From the human T2T-CHM13v2.0 reference genome, Homo sapiens, in assembly GCF_009914755.1 (NCBI RefSeq), contig NC_060945.1: a stretch of DNA of 64,000 nt. One strand, given 5' to 3'. The first letter of the stretch is position 1, and each line of letters begins with the position of its first letter. Shown in pieces: positions 25,781-41,329 of the stretch. The notes under the pieces were generated by a model. It was not told where the DNA came from, ran no database searches, and saw nothing but the letters and a program-made list of their open reading frames with translations. Position numbers and translations under genes: made by a program.

Positions 25781-27389
25781 TTGAATAGGGTTTTGGACTT
25801 GGTGAGGCCACATCACGTCTCCGGGAAGTGTAGGGAATTCCCCATGCTGGGTAGAAGGGCTAGGAGTTTGACTTGTGTGTGCTGTTTTGATGGTAATTAT
25901 TAAACATTACCTTAATTAATTGGTAAGTACTTTCTGTGTTTCATAATTTAGTTCATAAACTGTCCATACCACTGTCCAGTGGTGACAGGGCCATAAGTCG
26001 CGAGTGTGTAGCTGTGTTCTGTCAGTTCCCGCAGCTTTCAAATCCCGAGGCGTCTGCCTCATCTGTTTCTAGACTGGGCATCATGTCCATGACTAATTTT
26101 TAATCACAATTCATTCTCCAACTTGTCTTATTCTAAATGTTGTTCTAAAAAGCCTAATGTTTGTTTTGTTCTCGGCGTTGACATTGGATGGCGTGGATTC
26201 GTGCTGGGGACACACAACTGCCACCGCCGCCCCGTGCCTGTTTCTCCTGCCATGGCTGCCAGGCCACGCAGGGGCCACGGAGCCCACAGGCAGGTCACCC
26301 CGGAATCCCCAGTGCCCCCAGCAGACACCGCCGCTGGCTCTTTTTCTTTATTATGAGTGTTCTTTTTTTAATTTTTAAAAATCATATAAGTAAGATATTA
26401 GTAAGTTAACATTGTCATCCTTTGTAAAGCCAGGAGTTCAGAAGTAACAGGGCAAATAGGGAAAGTCCTTCCTGGCCTGTCTACATACCCCTGCAGCCCT
26501 CCCGGTCCTAGGGTGACTGCTGACGGAGAGGGCACTCCCTTCCCGAGTCTTCTCTGCACGTCCGCGGGCACGCACAGCTGAGCGGCACACAGCAGCCCGG
26601 CTCGCTCCTCCGCACTGGGGACACAAGATTTCACTGCACCTCACCCAGCCCTTTCCACAGAGCAGTTCATCTTGGAGACTCTTCCCCTCGAAGGGTCTAA
26701 AGGTATGTGTTGTTGTGTGTCTCAAGCTGAGATTAGAGCCCAGTGCCCAGGAGGGGCAGGTGAATTGTTACCGAATGAAATAGGAGTGCATGAAACCCGA
26801 GGAAACCTGGGAAAGCCGCCTGCTCCATCCCAGGATGGGAATGGGCCAGATTCCAGCTCCAAGCTTGACCCATGGCCCCTGGCTCTGGGATCTGGGTAAT
26901 ACGGATTCGATTGCAGGTTTATTCACAGACCGGAATTCCACCCCAGAGGACGCCCCACACTGGTCAGGATGGTTGTGGATTCTCAGTGCCCACTGTCCAA
27001 AATGTGGTGCCCACGCAACCTCCTGTGGCTCCACGGAGCGTGTCGGTCTGGAACCATCACTTTCTCGTACATACAGACCCACCCTCCATGTTCCCTGGAT
27101 CTCACATCTGTCTCAACAGGCCAGTCTCCGTGTCCTGGTGTTTGTTGTCGGGGAGGATGCAACATCGGGGGAAGGAAGTAATCATGTCTGGTGGCAGCTG
27201 GCACTGGCAGGCAGCGGGCACTCGAAGCCTGCACCTCGCACCTGTCCCTCTGGGGCCTCGGCTATCCCTCCGCACGACGGGCATGAAGCCCCCTCCTGCC
27301 TCCACTGCTCGGATGAAAGGAGGTAATGGGTGTGAAGGGGCAGAACTCCGCACACAGCACCCGGCTCTGGGAACCAAACCTGTGTCTCA

Positions 27390-27779
<390 letters not shown>

Positions 27780-27799
27780 CTAGGACCAAAGGAGAGCAG

Positions 27800-27987
27800 G
27801 TGCAGAGGTGTGGGGGAGCGGGCGCAGAGGTGTGGGGGAGCGGGCGCAGAGGTGTGGGGGAGCGGGCGCAGAGGTGTGGGGGAGGGGGCGCAGAGGTGTG
27901 GGGGAGGGGGCGCAGAGGTGTGGGTGAGCGGGCGCAGAGGTGTGGGTGAGCGGGCGCAGAGGTGTGGGAGAGCGGGCGCAGAGGTGT
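27800..27987. repeat. 22-bp G-rich VNTR, about 8.5 copies
   Basis: GCAGAGGTGTGGGGGAGCGGGC repeated. Confidence 0.96.
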
Positions 27988-29051
27988 GAGTGAGCAGCAC
28001 TCTCCCTGGCTGTCCCCAGGGCTGCCACTTGGCAGGACGTGGGATCTTGGCACAGCCCAGTGCCCGCTGTGCTCCAGGTGCCAGACGTGGCACTCCTGCT
28101 GGCAGCCTCCTTGGCCACTTCTCCCTGAATGTTAGTGCCAGCTGTGCCCAGCCCTGCCCCTAGCGACCATCTGTGTGACTTGCTTCTCAGCAATCCATGC
28201 CTTCTCCTACTCCAGGCCCCAGTGCTGTGCGTCCTACGAGCACCACCTGCTGTCTCACCTCTTCCAGGAAGCCCACCCTGATCCCTCTAGTCCCAGCCTC
28301 AGACACTGAAGCAACATCAGGTACCTCTCGAGTTTTCTCTTACACGCTTTCCCTGGCCTTGCAGTTTGGCTGAGTCTTTCCTCTGGCTCTGTAGACAGAA
28401 GCCATCTCTGGGTTCCTGTGCTTGCCATTCCTCCATAAATCACTTACCACCGTCAAGAGGCAACAGGTCTGGGGCTGCACACGGAGGCCCAACTGCGGCA
28501 CCTCTGCCACCAACCTTGAGCTGCAGGACTGTCTGCATGTGGGGTCCACAAGGCGGAAGCTTCTGCCAGCACCTTGGGGATAAGGGTGGTGGGGCTGCAC
28601 GGGGAAGGGGAAGGCTGCTTCCCTGGGGACAGTGTCCCCACAGGCCGGGGATCCCTGCGCACGGTCCCAGGCTGTCCTAGCTGAGGACGGAGCCGGTCAT
28701 GCTGCGGGGCTGTGTCTCTTCCTGACTCACCCCCGTCCGGAGGGCCTTCTGCCTGAGGGACATTGCACCACCGGGCCAGGTAAGAAGCAGCTCTGAGAGC
28801 CTCCCGTGACAGCAACCACTGGGACGTTTTCTATTTGCCCAAATCGACCAGCAAGGGCCCGGCTCAGACGCCCCTGGGTCTGATGCGACCTGCCCTCCGC
28901 AGCAGGTCAGGCACCCTCCCTTGCTTGTATGCTCAGGACGGGGCTGCCCAGGCATCTTCTGGTCCCCCTGACTGTCCGGCGCCTGCCCGGCCGGCTCAGG
29001 TGCTGCAGGAAAGAGAAAACTCTGGGCCCAACGTCAACGTGCGTTCTCCAC

Positions 29052-29070
29052 GCCCAGCAGGGGGCGCCGT
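29052..29070 (+). promoter_or_regulatory. CTCF consensus motif in a CpG-rich intronic patch
   Basis: CCAGCAGGGGGCGC at 29054-29067 matches the CTCF core. Confidence 0.7.
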
Positions 29071-29597
29071 TGCCCGCCCGAGCCCGGAGAGCCTGGGCTG
29101 CAGGGGAGGGCGCCACAGGTGAGGACACAGCTCCGTGGGCACCAGGCAAGGTCCCAAAGCAGATCCGCAGCCGGTCAGAGGAGCGCACATGGGTGAGCTT
29201 AAGCTAAGAAAGCAAGACTCACTAGGCAAGGACAGGGGCCCAGGACACCTGGCGGCGCCGAACCCTCGGCGGGGGCGGGGCCGGGGGCTGGCTGAGGCTT
29301 TCCCGGGTCAGCGCGCCCTCCCCTCCTGCAGCTCCACGAGATGTGACTATTCCTATCTGCTGGAGAACAGCCGTCCAGGGCCACCCCACGTCCTTCAAGG
29401 GGACTCTGAGACACTCTGGGCCGGTGGGACCTTCAGCAGCATCTGGACTTTGGCTGCCTCACAGGTGGGCGGGGGGGAGTGTTACACACAGGCCAGTTCA
29501 CTGACTCAGCAGAAGAGAAACAGGAATCATCAGACTGTTCAACCCTGGGCTCCTCCCACGCCTGTGCTGAGGAAACCAACTGAGTGGGCAACCCTCA

Positions 29598-30020
29598 CGT
29601 GTGTACACATGCCTGCACACACCTGCACACACAGGCCCATACCTGCACACCTGCATGTATGCATACATACACAAACATGGATGTGCACTGTGCGCACACA
29701 CACATGCACGCCTGCATGCATGCATACACACACAAACATGCATATGCACTGTGTACACACACACATATATGCTTACATTTTTACATGCACAGATGCACAT
29801 GCATGCCTGTACACATGTGGATACACATGCAGATACACAGGCCTGCTCATGTATACATACACATGTATACCTACACACACGTATGTATGCATGCAACCAT
29901 GCATCTGTGTCCATGTGCATATGTGTATACTTGCACACATGCCTGTACACAGGCAGATCCCTGCAGGCACACCCATGCATCCGCCTGCATGACATCTACA
30001 CACACACATGCACCCACACA
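29598..30020. repeat. Alternating purine-pyrimidine low-complexity tract (CA/TG/CATG-rich)
   Basis: Visible directly. Confidence 0.9.
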
Positions 30021-33000
30021 GCACAGCTCTCCCCACATTGCTGGAAAAGACTGAGGACACACGCCTCCAGCCCTGGGCGTCCTTCCAGTGGAGCCCCTGC
30101 TTCTTAGCTACTTGCTGATGCTCACCTGTGTTGAGGCAGATCCTGATGGACTGCCGGGGCCAGAACAGCCTGAAACTCCCTCTCAGGGAAAGGCCCGGAG
30201 TGCCCGCCCTGTAGCAGCCCAGGGTGATGGGGGACCCCGAGCTGGCACTCAGCACTGTGTAGAGAGAGCTTTACTGCAAGTTGGGGCTGAGCCGGGCATC
30301 ACATCTCAGTGATGAGTGAGGTGCCCTCCCTGCCCAAAGGAGCCCTGGAACGGGCTGCTGCAGATGGGGGACCATGGAGGGGCTGCCCGGGGCCTTGGGG
30401 GCACAGAGGAAGAGGGCCCAAAGGCATGGAGGACGGACAGGGGAGTTGGCAGCAGGAAGCAGGGAAGGGTATCCAGGCAGAAGGAACTGCAGGACAGACA
30501 CACAGGACTGAGGGAGCCAGGAGGGCTGGGCGCACACAGAGTGCGGAGCAGGGGCTGGGGCGGGCCTACAGGGCCTGGGTGCTGTGGAAAGCAGCTGGGC
30601 CTCCAGGCAAAGGTCACTGGGGAGCCGGAGGAGGCTTTTGAGCAGAACGAGGAGGTCAGATGTATGTGGACGGCTCTGAGACCCACAGGAGCTAGGAAGG
30701 TGTCAGGAGAGAGGTGAGCCAAGTGCTGTGGGGGTGGGGTGGGGTGGGTGCCACTCCTAAGATGGGAAAGAAGGGTGGTGGTCTTGGAGACAGGCTTCTG
30801 GAGACCCCTCAGAGAACTCGGTACATCCCTAGGGATGGAGACAGGGGCTTTGGGAGACCACTCAGAGAACCTGGTATTTCCCTAGGCATGGGTGGCACAC
30901 GGGCTGCTGTGTGAGCCCTGGGGAGGGGCAGGTGGCAGGAGCGTAGGGTGGAGGTGGCGGTGCTCTGGCCACAGCCCTGAGGCTGGTGGAGACCCTGGGT
31001 TGGGAATGCGCGAGACGGGCAGTCTGGTCTGGTGGGACCTGTAGCACTGCAGCCTGCCTCCAGGGCAGGGATTGTGCCCACGTTTCATGGGGTGGCAGGG
31101 AGCAAACTTTGAGTTGCATCTTGGTTGGAGCCCAAGGTGGGGCGTGTATTTGTTCCAGGAAGAGCACGTGTCAGCTGTGGGGGTGGGCATGGAGGTCTGT
31201 CCAGGGCATGGCAGTGGCCGGAGTGAATGCTGTGTGGTCACCTGCCTGGGTGCTGCTACGAAGCAGAGCTCTTGCTGGAGTGCAGGGCCAGACAGGCCTG
31301 GGGGGCCGGGGGCGGCTCAGAGGCTGCTCAAGTCACCCTTCTGTTCCCTGTACCCAGCGAGGGTCTGTGCACCAGATTTAGCAAATCCAGGGTCCCTGTT
31401 CAATCTAAATTTCAGACAACGAATGATTCTTTAGTCTGTGTGTATCCCATGTAATACTTGAAACATACTTTGGCAAAAAGAAAAATTAGTTTATCTGCAA
31501 CTGGCTGGAGGCTGGCAGAACCCCCACGGGGTGTCACCGGCTCCTGGTCCCAGCATTTAGCTGGCCGAGTCCACGGTAGGGCGGTCATTGTCATTGGCTA
31601 TTGACAGCCCCTCCTCCCTATGCCAGGCTGTCAGAAGCCCCTTGCAGGTTGGAGTGAACCTGTCCCTCTGCTGAAGCCGGGGCCTTCTCACATTCAGAAG
31701 TGAGGAGGTGCCCCCCAGGGGCTGTGCCAACCCAGGCAGAGGGTGTGCAGTGTGGGACCCCCCTGTCAGGCCACTCCCAGATTTTAAGCACATTAGGGAC
31801 TCATAGAGGAGAGAGAAAGAATCTTCACATCAAAGGCCCTGCCAAACCCTGGCTGGCACGGGAGCCAAGCGACCAGGCACCTGCTGGGCTGGGCAGGCCC
31901 TTCCCGCCCTCCCTCCAATGGAATTCCCCAGAGCCTGGCCCTGCTGCCCTGGCACGGTGCCTGGCAGCTCAGGAGCATCTTGCTGGGATGATGGTGCTTC
32001 CGGGACTTGGCAGCCAGGAGCACCTGGAGCCCCCAACAGCTCCCTCGAGGGCGGGTGGGCACCCGGTAATCAGTGGATTAGTTGCTGGGCAAAGAGGCCC
32101 TTGGGTTCCGGCTTTGATAGGGCAAAGAAAGAGGATGCCTCTGTGGTCTGGGAATGCCAGGGGAGGGGAGGGAGGCAGGATGCACCCCTGGGGCTCCCTC
32201 CCTAGCCACCAGAAGGCAGTTCCCCAACAAGCCCTGGTTGGGGGGGCAGTGGCATCCTCTCTGAGGGTAGCCAGCTCAGGCTGGACAAGCATCCCGGGTG
32301 GCCATGGGGGCAGCGCTACTGGATGACAGGTGACTCCCTTGAGAGAACTGGGCTCAGCACACTCCCCAGCCAACTCTTGGGTGCCCCCCGTGCTCTTCCC
32401 GGCCCTGCAGAACCCGCAAGCCTGGCACCTTCCCCAAGCTGCCTAGGCCACTGCCAGCTCCTGTGTCAGAGAAGACAGAAGTCATGGGGCATAGCTGCCA
32501 CCTTCCTGGAGCCCTCCCGCCCAGGCTCTGCCCAGCCCCTTCAGGCTGTCCTGGGCAGTGCTGACCCCTCATGCCACCCCCTTGACAGATGTGCAGATGG
32601 AGACTCAGACACAGCCAGGCCTCATGAGGGTGCTTAGGGGCTCCTGCCTGTTTTTCTAAGCACCACATGGCTGCCTGCCGGGCACCTGTCCCCAGAGTGG
32701 CCCCCACTGCATCCTTGCCTACAGCACCTCTTGCCCTTCCATGGCCATGGAAGCGAGTACACACACGTGTGCATGAGTGTGCATGTACATGTGTGTTGAG
32801 CCATGGGCGGGACCCTTGGGAAGTGTGTGGCACCAAGTCGGGGGCCCAGCTGTGACGAGGGGTCCTTACTAACATGGTGGCTGCTGCTGGCCTTGTGAGG
32901 ACCCCACATGCCGACAGCTGCAATCACAGAAGCACCAAGCTTTGGAAGCTGCAACACCTTCTGAGGTCTGCAGCAAACTCACTTAGAAGCCAAACCTATT

Positions 33001-35752
33001 TTGGAGTCCACATTTGGTGACCGCGACTGCACGGCCTACTCCTCGTCAGCTCAGGGAGCAGGACCCTGTGCCTAGACTTCTAGGGACAGAGCTCACTCCT
33101 CCTTTGGTCCAAGCTGGGGAGGCCCAGTCATTGGAGGCCTGGTGTCTCCAACCTGGAAGAAAGTTGTTCTAGAATTCCTGGTGGGATGGGCAGAAAGACT
33201 TTGAGGGCAGGCGGAAGAATGGGACATCAAACCACCTTCCCCAGGGTGGGCAGCCAGCTCCTCACTCATATCTGCCCTGGGGCTGCAAAGTCCTGCCATG
33301 CCCACCGACCATTCCCTTGGAGCACTGTACTTAACCTGCAGTGCCCTGGGAATGCGCCCACCCTGTGTTTCTGGGAGAAAGTGAGGTCTGTGTGCACAGC
33401 TCCTCAAACCCCACCTGCACCCCACACCCCCGCAGACCCCTCCAGAAAGGGCGCCTCTCTATGGCACACACCCACTTTCAAAGCATCTCGGCTTCACCCG
33501 CTTCAAAGCTCACGTTCATGAAAGACATTGCAAAACTCAAACCAAACAGTAAACAAATTAAGACATCTCTAGGACCTAAAAGGATTTCAACACAATGTGA
33601 GAAATGTTGGCAAAACATGAAAGTGGGCTTTGTGAGTTTTGAGGAATTACTGAGTTTTGAAAGATGAGGCTCAGGCCAGGTGGAGAGGAAGCCCGTCCAT
33701 GTGTGCGTGGTCCCAGCGCCTTCCCAGGGCCCTCCTAAGGCACCTTCAGGGCCTGGGCCATGATGGCGCCCCCAGCAGCCAGGTCCCCGTTCCCGGAGTT
33801 CTGGTTCTGCTTTGGGAGCTGCAGCCGTGCTTCCTTCTGTCTGCTGTGGTCCTGCTCTAGCCCCTGCTCTTCTCTGATGTTTCTTTCAGGCGGATGTCAC
33901 CCACCCCTTGGGACTTCGCCATGGGTCGCTAGCCCAGACCCTCCCCTTGGTTCCGGTGGTTCCATTTCTGCCCCTTTGCTGCTGGCCCCCTTCTGAGGAT
34001 GCCCGTGCATCTCCAGGACCACTGCTCCAGTCCTTGGTGTAGATCAAAGCTGGCCTTCACACGCGGCCTGAAAATGTAGAGTGGCCGCCTTCTGGGCTGG
34101 GCTGCCACCTCCACCACATCACCCGTGACAGAAGCCCCGTGTTTTTCGGTAACCACGTTCCACGAACACCTCCCGACTGCCTTCCAGAACACACAAAGAT
34201 CAACGAAGCTCAGAATCCAGTCCCGACGTCATTTCATGAAGAGCAGGTAGTCCATCAAAGGGATGGGCCCCATGAGTGAAGGGCTGAGACCCCACCATGG
34301 TGTGAGGCGTCCCAGGCACTCCCGTCACGGCCCAAACCAGGCTGCAGGCTCCATCCCCATGGGGCAGGCACAGAGGAGGCGATTCATGTGGACACAGGGA
34401 CACCTGTGGACGCCCTGGCTCGGCCGCTTACCGCCGTGTGTTTGTGGCCAGGTCCCTGCTCCTGAGCCTCAGTTTCCACACCTGTGAGATGGGTCTGAGG
34501 TGGAATCGCCAACCAGCTGAGGATGCGCAGCCACAGACCACCTTCCAGAAATCTCCAAAAGGCTTTCCAAAACAGGAAAACAAGGAAGGCTGCCATCAGC
34601 AGGAATTCCAGGGCTTTCAGAATGAGGCTGTCAGGAGTGAAGGGAGCTGTGCTCCACATGCAGGGCAGTGGCCAGGGCTGCCAGGCCTTGTTTATCTGGG
34701 AGCGCCAGGCTGCCTGCCTGCACCTGGTCTGGGCACCTGAAGGCAGAGCTGCTCCTGCTTAGGGTCTGTGGCAACTGTCCTCCTCAGTGGGTGCTGCTGG
34801 GAGCTCCTCTGATTCCTGGTGGGCGGCTTCTGGCCTCGCCTCTTCACCCACGGTGTAGGGTGTGGGATGGAGATGCAGGGCCTCTGCTCTCCTTCTCCCC
34901 TCCCCCAAGCAGCCTGGGTTGTACCTCCACTAATAAACACCAACACCCGCGCCCAGGGTGGGTTCGGCCACGGGGCGATTCTCTGAGTGACACATCAGGA
35001 TCAGCTTCGTGTGGTCCTGACCTTACGGTAATGTCAGCCCCCAGAGCCAGGGGCCGGGCTATGGCACCACCCACCCAGGCGATTTCTATGTCGGGATGAC
35101 CAACTGTGCCATCCCTGGGGCAGTCCCCCATGCCAGGCAAACATTCTCCTTTCATGCTTAAAATCACAGGACGGGTTCACCTGCTTCGTCCTTGGACCTG
35201 TGATCTATGTACGCTGCTTTTCAACAAGTTTCTAGTTGTCCCCTCCTGGGTATGGCCCTCCCCTCCTTCCTTCCCAGAGGAAGAAAACACACCAGCTCTG
35301 CATGCGAGAACGCTCCCAGCTCTCCCATCTTCCCATCGCAGGAGCCCCTCGCTCCTGCACCCTGGGGCTTTCGGTCCTGTCCCACCTCAGCGGCTGCTGC
35401 ACAGGAAGGCCGTCCTGGCCTGGCCCCTGTGTCTCTGCCTTCCTCGACTCCTGCAGTCTGTGCTTCTGTCACTCCTTCAGCACGCCATCCCTGGACACAC
35501 TTTGTGCTCCGTGGACTCCACAGCCCCCAAACCCCCTCTTATGCCCTCCCTGACCCCAGACCATCTGGGCTGGCTTCTCTCTAGGACACATACCAGTTCT
35601 CATTCCAGAACTTTCCTTATGGTCATCTTTGGGTGGAGCCACCACTTCCAGTTCTGATCTTCTCATTCTGGTTGAGTACCTGGGCTTGCCAGTGCACCCC
35701 CCAGGAACACCGCCTAGTCCAGGGCTCCCACAGGTCTCAGACTGACAGGAGA

Positions 35753-35980
35753 CTGGGTCATATGACCAGCACTAGCCAATGAGCTGTGAGTACACGTGAC
35801 ACAGGGACAAGCTGGGTCATGTGACTGGCACTAGCCAATGAGCTGTGAGGACGTGAGCACAGGTCCAGCTAGGCTGGGTCATATGACAAGCATTAGCCAA
35901 TGAGCTGTGAGGACACGTGAGTACAGGTCCAGCTAGGCTGGGACATGTGACTGGCACTGGCCCATGGGCTGTGAGCACAG
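35753..35980. repeat. ~60-bp tandem repeat x4, probably MLT1-LTR derived
   Basis: Units start CTGGG(T/A)CAT at 35753, 35812, 35874 and 35938. Confidence 0.85.
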
Positions 35981-37236
35981 GTCAGGTCAGCCCCTTCCTG
36001 CTGCTTCCCACCGTGTGTGCTCCTTGTCTGACTTGATATGAGAACTAACCCAATATGGCAGGAAGCCACTGACATGTGGGAGCCGTGCATGGCAGTGGCC
36101 AGCGTCCTTGTCCTGCGGGGGCTCTGTGGACATCACTCGCCTTCAGAACACTGAGCCCTCCTACCTCCTGATATCCAGGGCTGCCGATGGGAAATCCCAG
36201 GCTGCCGCGGCTCCTGTGTGCTTTGAAGGTAACTTTCCTTTGCTCTCGCGCTCCTTGGGCTCAGCGCCCTTTCAGTCTGATGAGATCTGGGCGGTTTTCT
36301 TCAAGCCTTCTCTGACAATTCCATCACTGTCCTCACCCTCTTCTTTTTTTTCTAGAACTTTGGTTAGCCAGATACAGACTCTCCTGGTTTGATTCTGTCT
36401 CTTTTCATTCTACATTCTAGAAGATACTCTTAACTTTATATTTCAGTCATGTTAATGAATGTCTTCTTTTAATGCCAGCAATTGCATTTTTAATGTCCAA
36501 GCTCTCTGTCTCATTAGTAGCATTTTTTATTTCGTAAGTGCAGTATCATCTTGAATACTTCTGAAGACAAGTATAACTTAAAAAAATTCCTTTCTGTTTC
36601 TAGAGCTAGCTCAGTTTCTTTCAGCCTTTTTCTTTAGCCTGACTCCTGCAGTTTTCAGGATTTTTGTCAAACATCCGGGGACCCTTAGCTGGAGAGGATG
36701 GCATGGGTGACACGCAGCTGGCCAGGTACGCTCTGGGGCACTGGGGCATCTTGAGCACCTTGGTGCAGTGTCGTGAAGAAGACACTGTAAATTGGACTTG
36801 GTGTTATCACAGGGGCTTTAGGATCACGGTGTTGGTAGATCTAGGATGATAATCTCCAAAACGCACTCCCCAACCCACTGCAGGGATCCTTTCTCTTGTC
36901 ACCTCACTTTGTGATTTAGAATGCAGGACCTCCAGGACAGCAGCCTCTCCGTGGCACAACAGCTGTTAGGAGACCTTGCCTAGTTGACGAGAAAGTCACT
37001 TGTGGTGCCTTTCCATCCAGGGTGCGCGACTCTGCTCTCAAGACCCCCTGGAGGCCCGCCCCCTGCCCCCCACCAGCTCATTCGTTAGATGATTGGAAGT
37101 GACTGCCTACGTCTTCTTTCAGGATAAAGCCTCAAGTCCTGCAACTATTCCTTGTGTGATAACGTTTCAAATCCCTTCCTGGTTCTGGCAAAGCTCCTCA
37201 AACATGCTCCAGTGTGCTGGGGCTCTGCATGTGTGA

Positions 37237-37723
<487 letters not shown>

Positions 37724-38129
37724 CACCATTTGCCTTTTGAGCCACTGTCCCCGCGTATCGAGCCCTCCTTGGGAGTCCCAATTTCCAGCCCATATCACGC
37801 TCTTGGCCCCAGCTTGCAGCTGCTTTCGCATCTCAACCTCACCAGCCTCAAGTCCAACTCCAGGTCAATGATTACTGGTCAGAGGGGCCATTCCTGCTGA
37901 GCCCTGTGGTCAGGCTAACCCATGACCGAAGGCTCCTGAACCCTCCTTCAGGTCCGCTGTCCGCACACCAGCACGTGGCCACCAGCCCAGGACACCCTTG
38001 TAGTTTCCCAGAGTCTTAGCAGCATGCGTGTTGTGGTGAGAGGACTGTGCAGGGACCAGTAAGACAAGGAACTTATGCTCAGCTCTGTCCCGTGCCACAT
38101 CAAACCAAGTGACAGGCCGCATTGCTTGG

Positions 38130-38320
38130 CTTGATCCCAGTTCTGCCACGGGCAAAGCCCTCCACCGTTCTGAGCCTCTGTGTCCTTGTGGATAACAGGG
38201 ACCAGTGGCAGCAAGCCCCTCTCAAGGTGCTGTGAGGGTGATGTGGGCGGATGCGGGCAGAGCTCTTGGCACAGGTGCTCTACAGAGTCGAGGCTCAGCC
38301 AGTGTGAGCCGCTACCACCA
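38130..38320 (+). mobile_element. MIR
   Basis: GATCCCAGTTCTGCCAC...TTCTGAGCCTCTGTGTCCT core. Confidence 0.6.
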
Positions 38321-40260
38321 CCTACCTCCTGAGGCTGTTACCAAGGCCAATGGCTGGAAGGAATCTTGCTCACCCCCAATCCCAGTGCACTGAGCCTCAC
38401 TCTGCCCCCGTGGCAGGAGGCTCATCCCGCCTCTTCCTGGCTCCCAGGCACGCTCACCTGTTCCATCCACAGCACTAGCGAGCTCAAGGTGTGTTCCTTC
38501 TGGCACTGCTGCCTCCTCACCTGGGCGCCTGCGGCTCATCTGGGCGGCCACAGCAGCCTCCCAATGGCTCACTCCCTCCCAGCCACCGACCAGTCATTAT
38601 CGTGCAGCCCTGTCAACCCCACAAGGGCAGGCTTCACGTTTCACTTGCAGCCTGTGGCTCTGGGTGGTGACCCTGCTGCCTACTCCCAGCCCCACTGCCC
38701 TGCAGGTACCCTCCCAACTTTCCCAGCCCTCACTTCCTCCTGGTGAGGGCTGGGAAAGTGGGGAGGGTGCTCCCTGACATCTGCTCTCCTCGTGCCCTGA
38801 ACATCCACGTAAAGCTGCCCTTCCCCACTGGACCATGAGTGCCCGAAGGGTGGGGCGGTGGTCACCTGGATGACGCTGTGCCCCAGCCTGCCAGAGGGCT
38901 GAGCACGTGGGAGTCCCGGAGCAATTCTCTGCACGCATTAAGGCGTGTGATTGGTCCCTGTGAGCCGCGGCTCCTGGTCCGGCCCCTGCGGGCTTCTCAA
39001 GGTGGTCACACTCCCGGTTTCCTAAGCTGCTCTTACTCCTGCTGGGTGGAGGGGCTCCAGGAACCTGCGACTGCTGAACTCCATCTTCCTCCCTTCTGTT
39101 TTGAAGCTCATTCCCATGTGCTACCTGCAGGCTTGCTCTAATGAGATGTATGTATGGAATGTTATGTATGGAATGTTCCAGAATGCCTTCAATCATTTCA
39201 GCCATAAAGCCCCACCCACCACATGCACAGCTTCTTGTCTAATGCAGGGGTAGCCTGGCAAGGCCTGACTGTTGTCACTGTTTTTCCAGACTCCCTGATG
39301 GGGGCGGGGGGTCCGGGCATCAGCGTCTGCCATGGTTCTGCCCCTGTACCAGCCTCACTGGGACGTGGCATGGGGGCAGCTCACGTGGCAAGAGTGGCCT
39401 GGGTTAGTCTCACTGCCTCGGGTGCAGAAGGCCCTGAGAACATTTCTGCAGGGGAATGAGTCGCCAGGTCAGGGGGCACAGAAGATTCCAGAAGGACACC
39501 AGGGAGGTGATGTCTTATGAGAGGCACGCTTCCAGCAAACAGTGGGAGTGCTGTCACCGGCGCTGCAGAGCCCCTGAGCTGCCTCCTCCGGGGAACTGGG
39601 CTCACATAGAGGCTGAGCCCGAGGTGGGAGATGCGCCCCCACCTGTCTCGTACTCCGCACCTCTGCTCCGGTCACAGTCCTCAGCACACTTGCTGGGAGC
39701 AGGCAGCACGCTGTCCCTGCCCCTGGAGGTGGCCTAATAAGCACCTGTTGCTGCCTCAACTCAAAGGTCTCGTGGTGGCTGGAACCAGCCAAGGGACACT
39801 TGAGGCCTGGAGAGGAGCGCCACGTGCTGCCCCGACCCGGCCCCCACGCTGCCCTGGGTCAGAGCCAAGCTGCCCAGCTGCCCCAGGGCCAGGGCCCTGA
39901 CGACCATACAGACTCAGATTAGACCGCGGGAGCTTCCAAGGGGAGGGAGGGCCTGTTCTGAGCCCGGGGGCTGCTTTATGGAGAACACCATGCCAGGGTG
40001 GGGCAGAGCCAGGGTGCGCCTCCTGCCTTATTTCCAGGCACCTGGACTGTCCCTGGGCGCACAGAGGCTCTCAGGCAAGAAGGGCTCAGACGCCAGGCAA
40101 GGATCCTGTGCCGTCCAGAGGAGCAGGCCCTGCCTGGGTTTTGGGGTCACGGGTGCAGAGCAGCACTAGGTTTGGCTCTCGGTGGACCCCCAGCCCACAT
40201 CACCTGTCCAGCAGGTGCAGGTGACAGACGCAGTGGCCAGCAATGGAGAGCCGGGGCTCA

Positions 40261-41157
<897 letters not shown>

Positions 41158-41329
41158 TCAGGAAACAAGGCCATGGAGGCCATCCAGATCCCATGTCCTC
41201 GGCAGCTGTCCTCCACCACACACCTGGCCATGCCAGGCACCAGGCCAGCATCCCTGCCATGGGCCTGGGCCCACCACCCAACATCTGCCCTCCCTGTGCT
41301 GGTCAGACCTTTCCTGCTGGGAGGCTGCT

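Noticed and set aside
29135-30255. Cys/His-rich ORFs resembling zinc-finger or metallothionein proteins
   Set aside because: Artefact of the CA/TG low-complexity tract.
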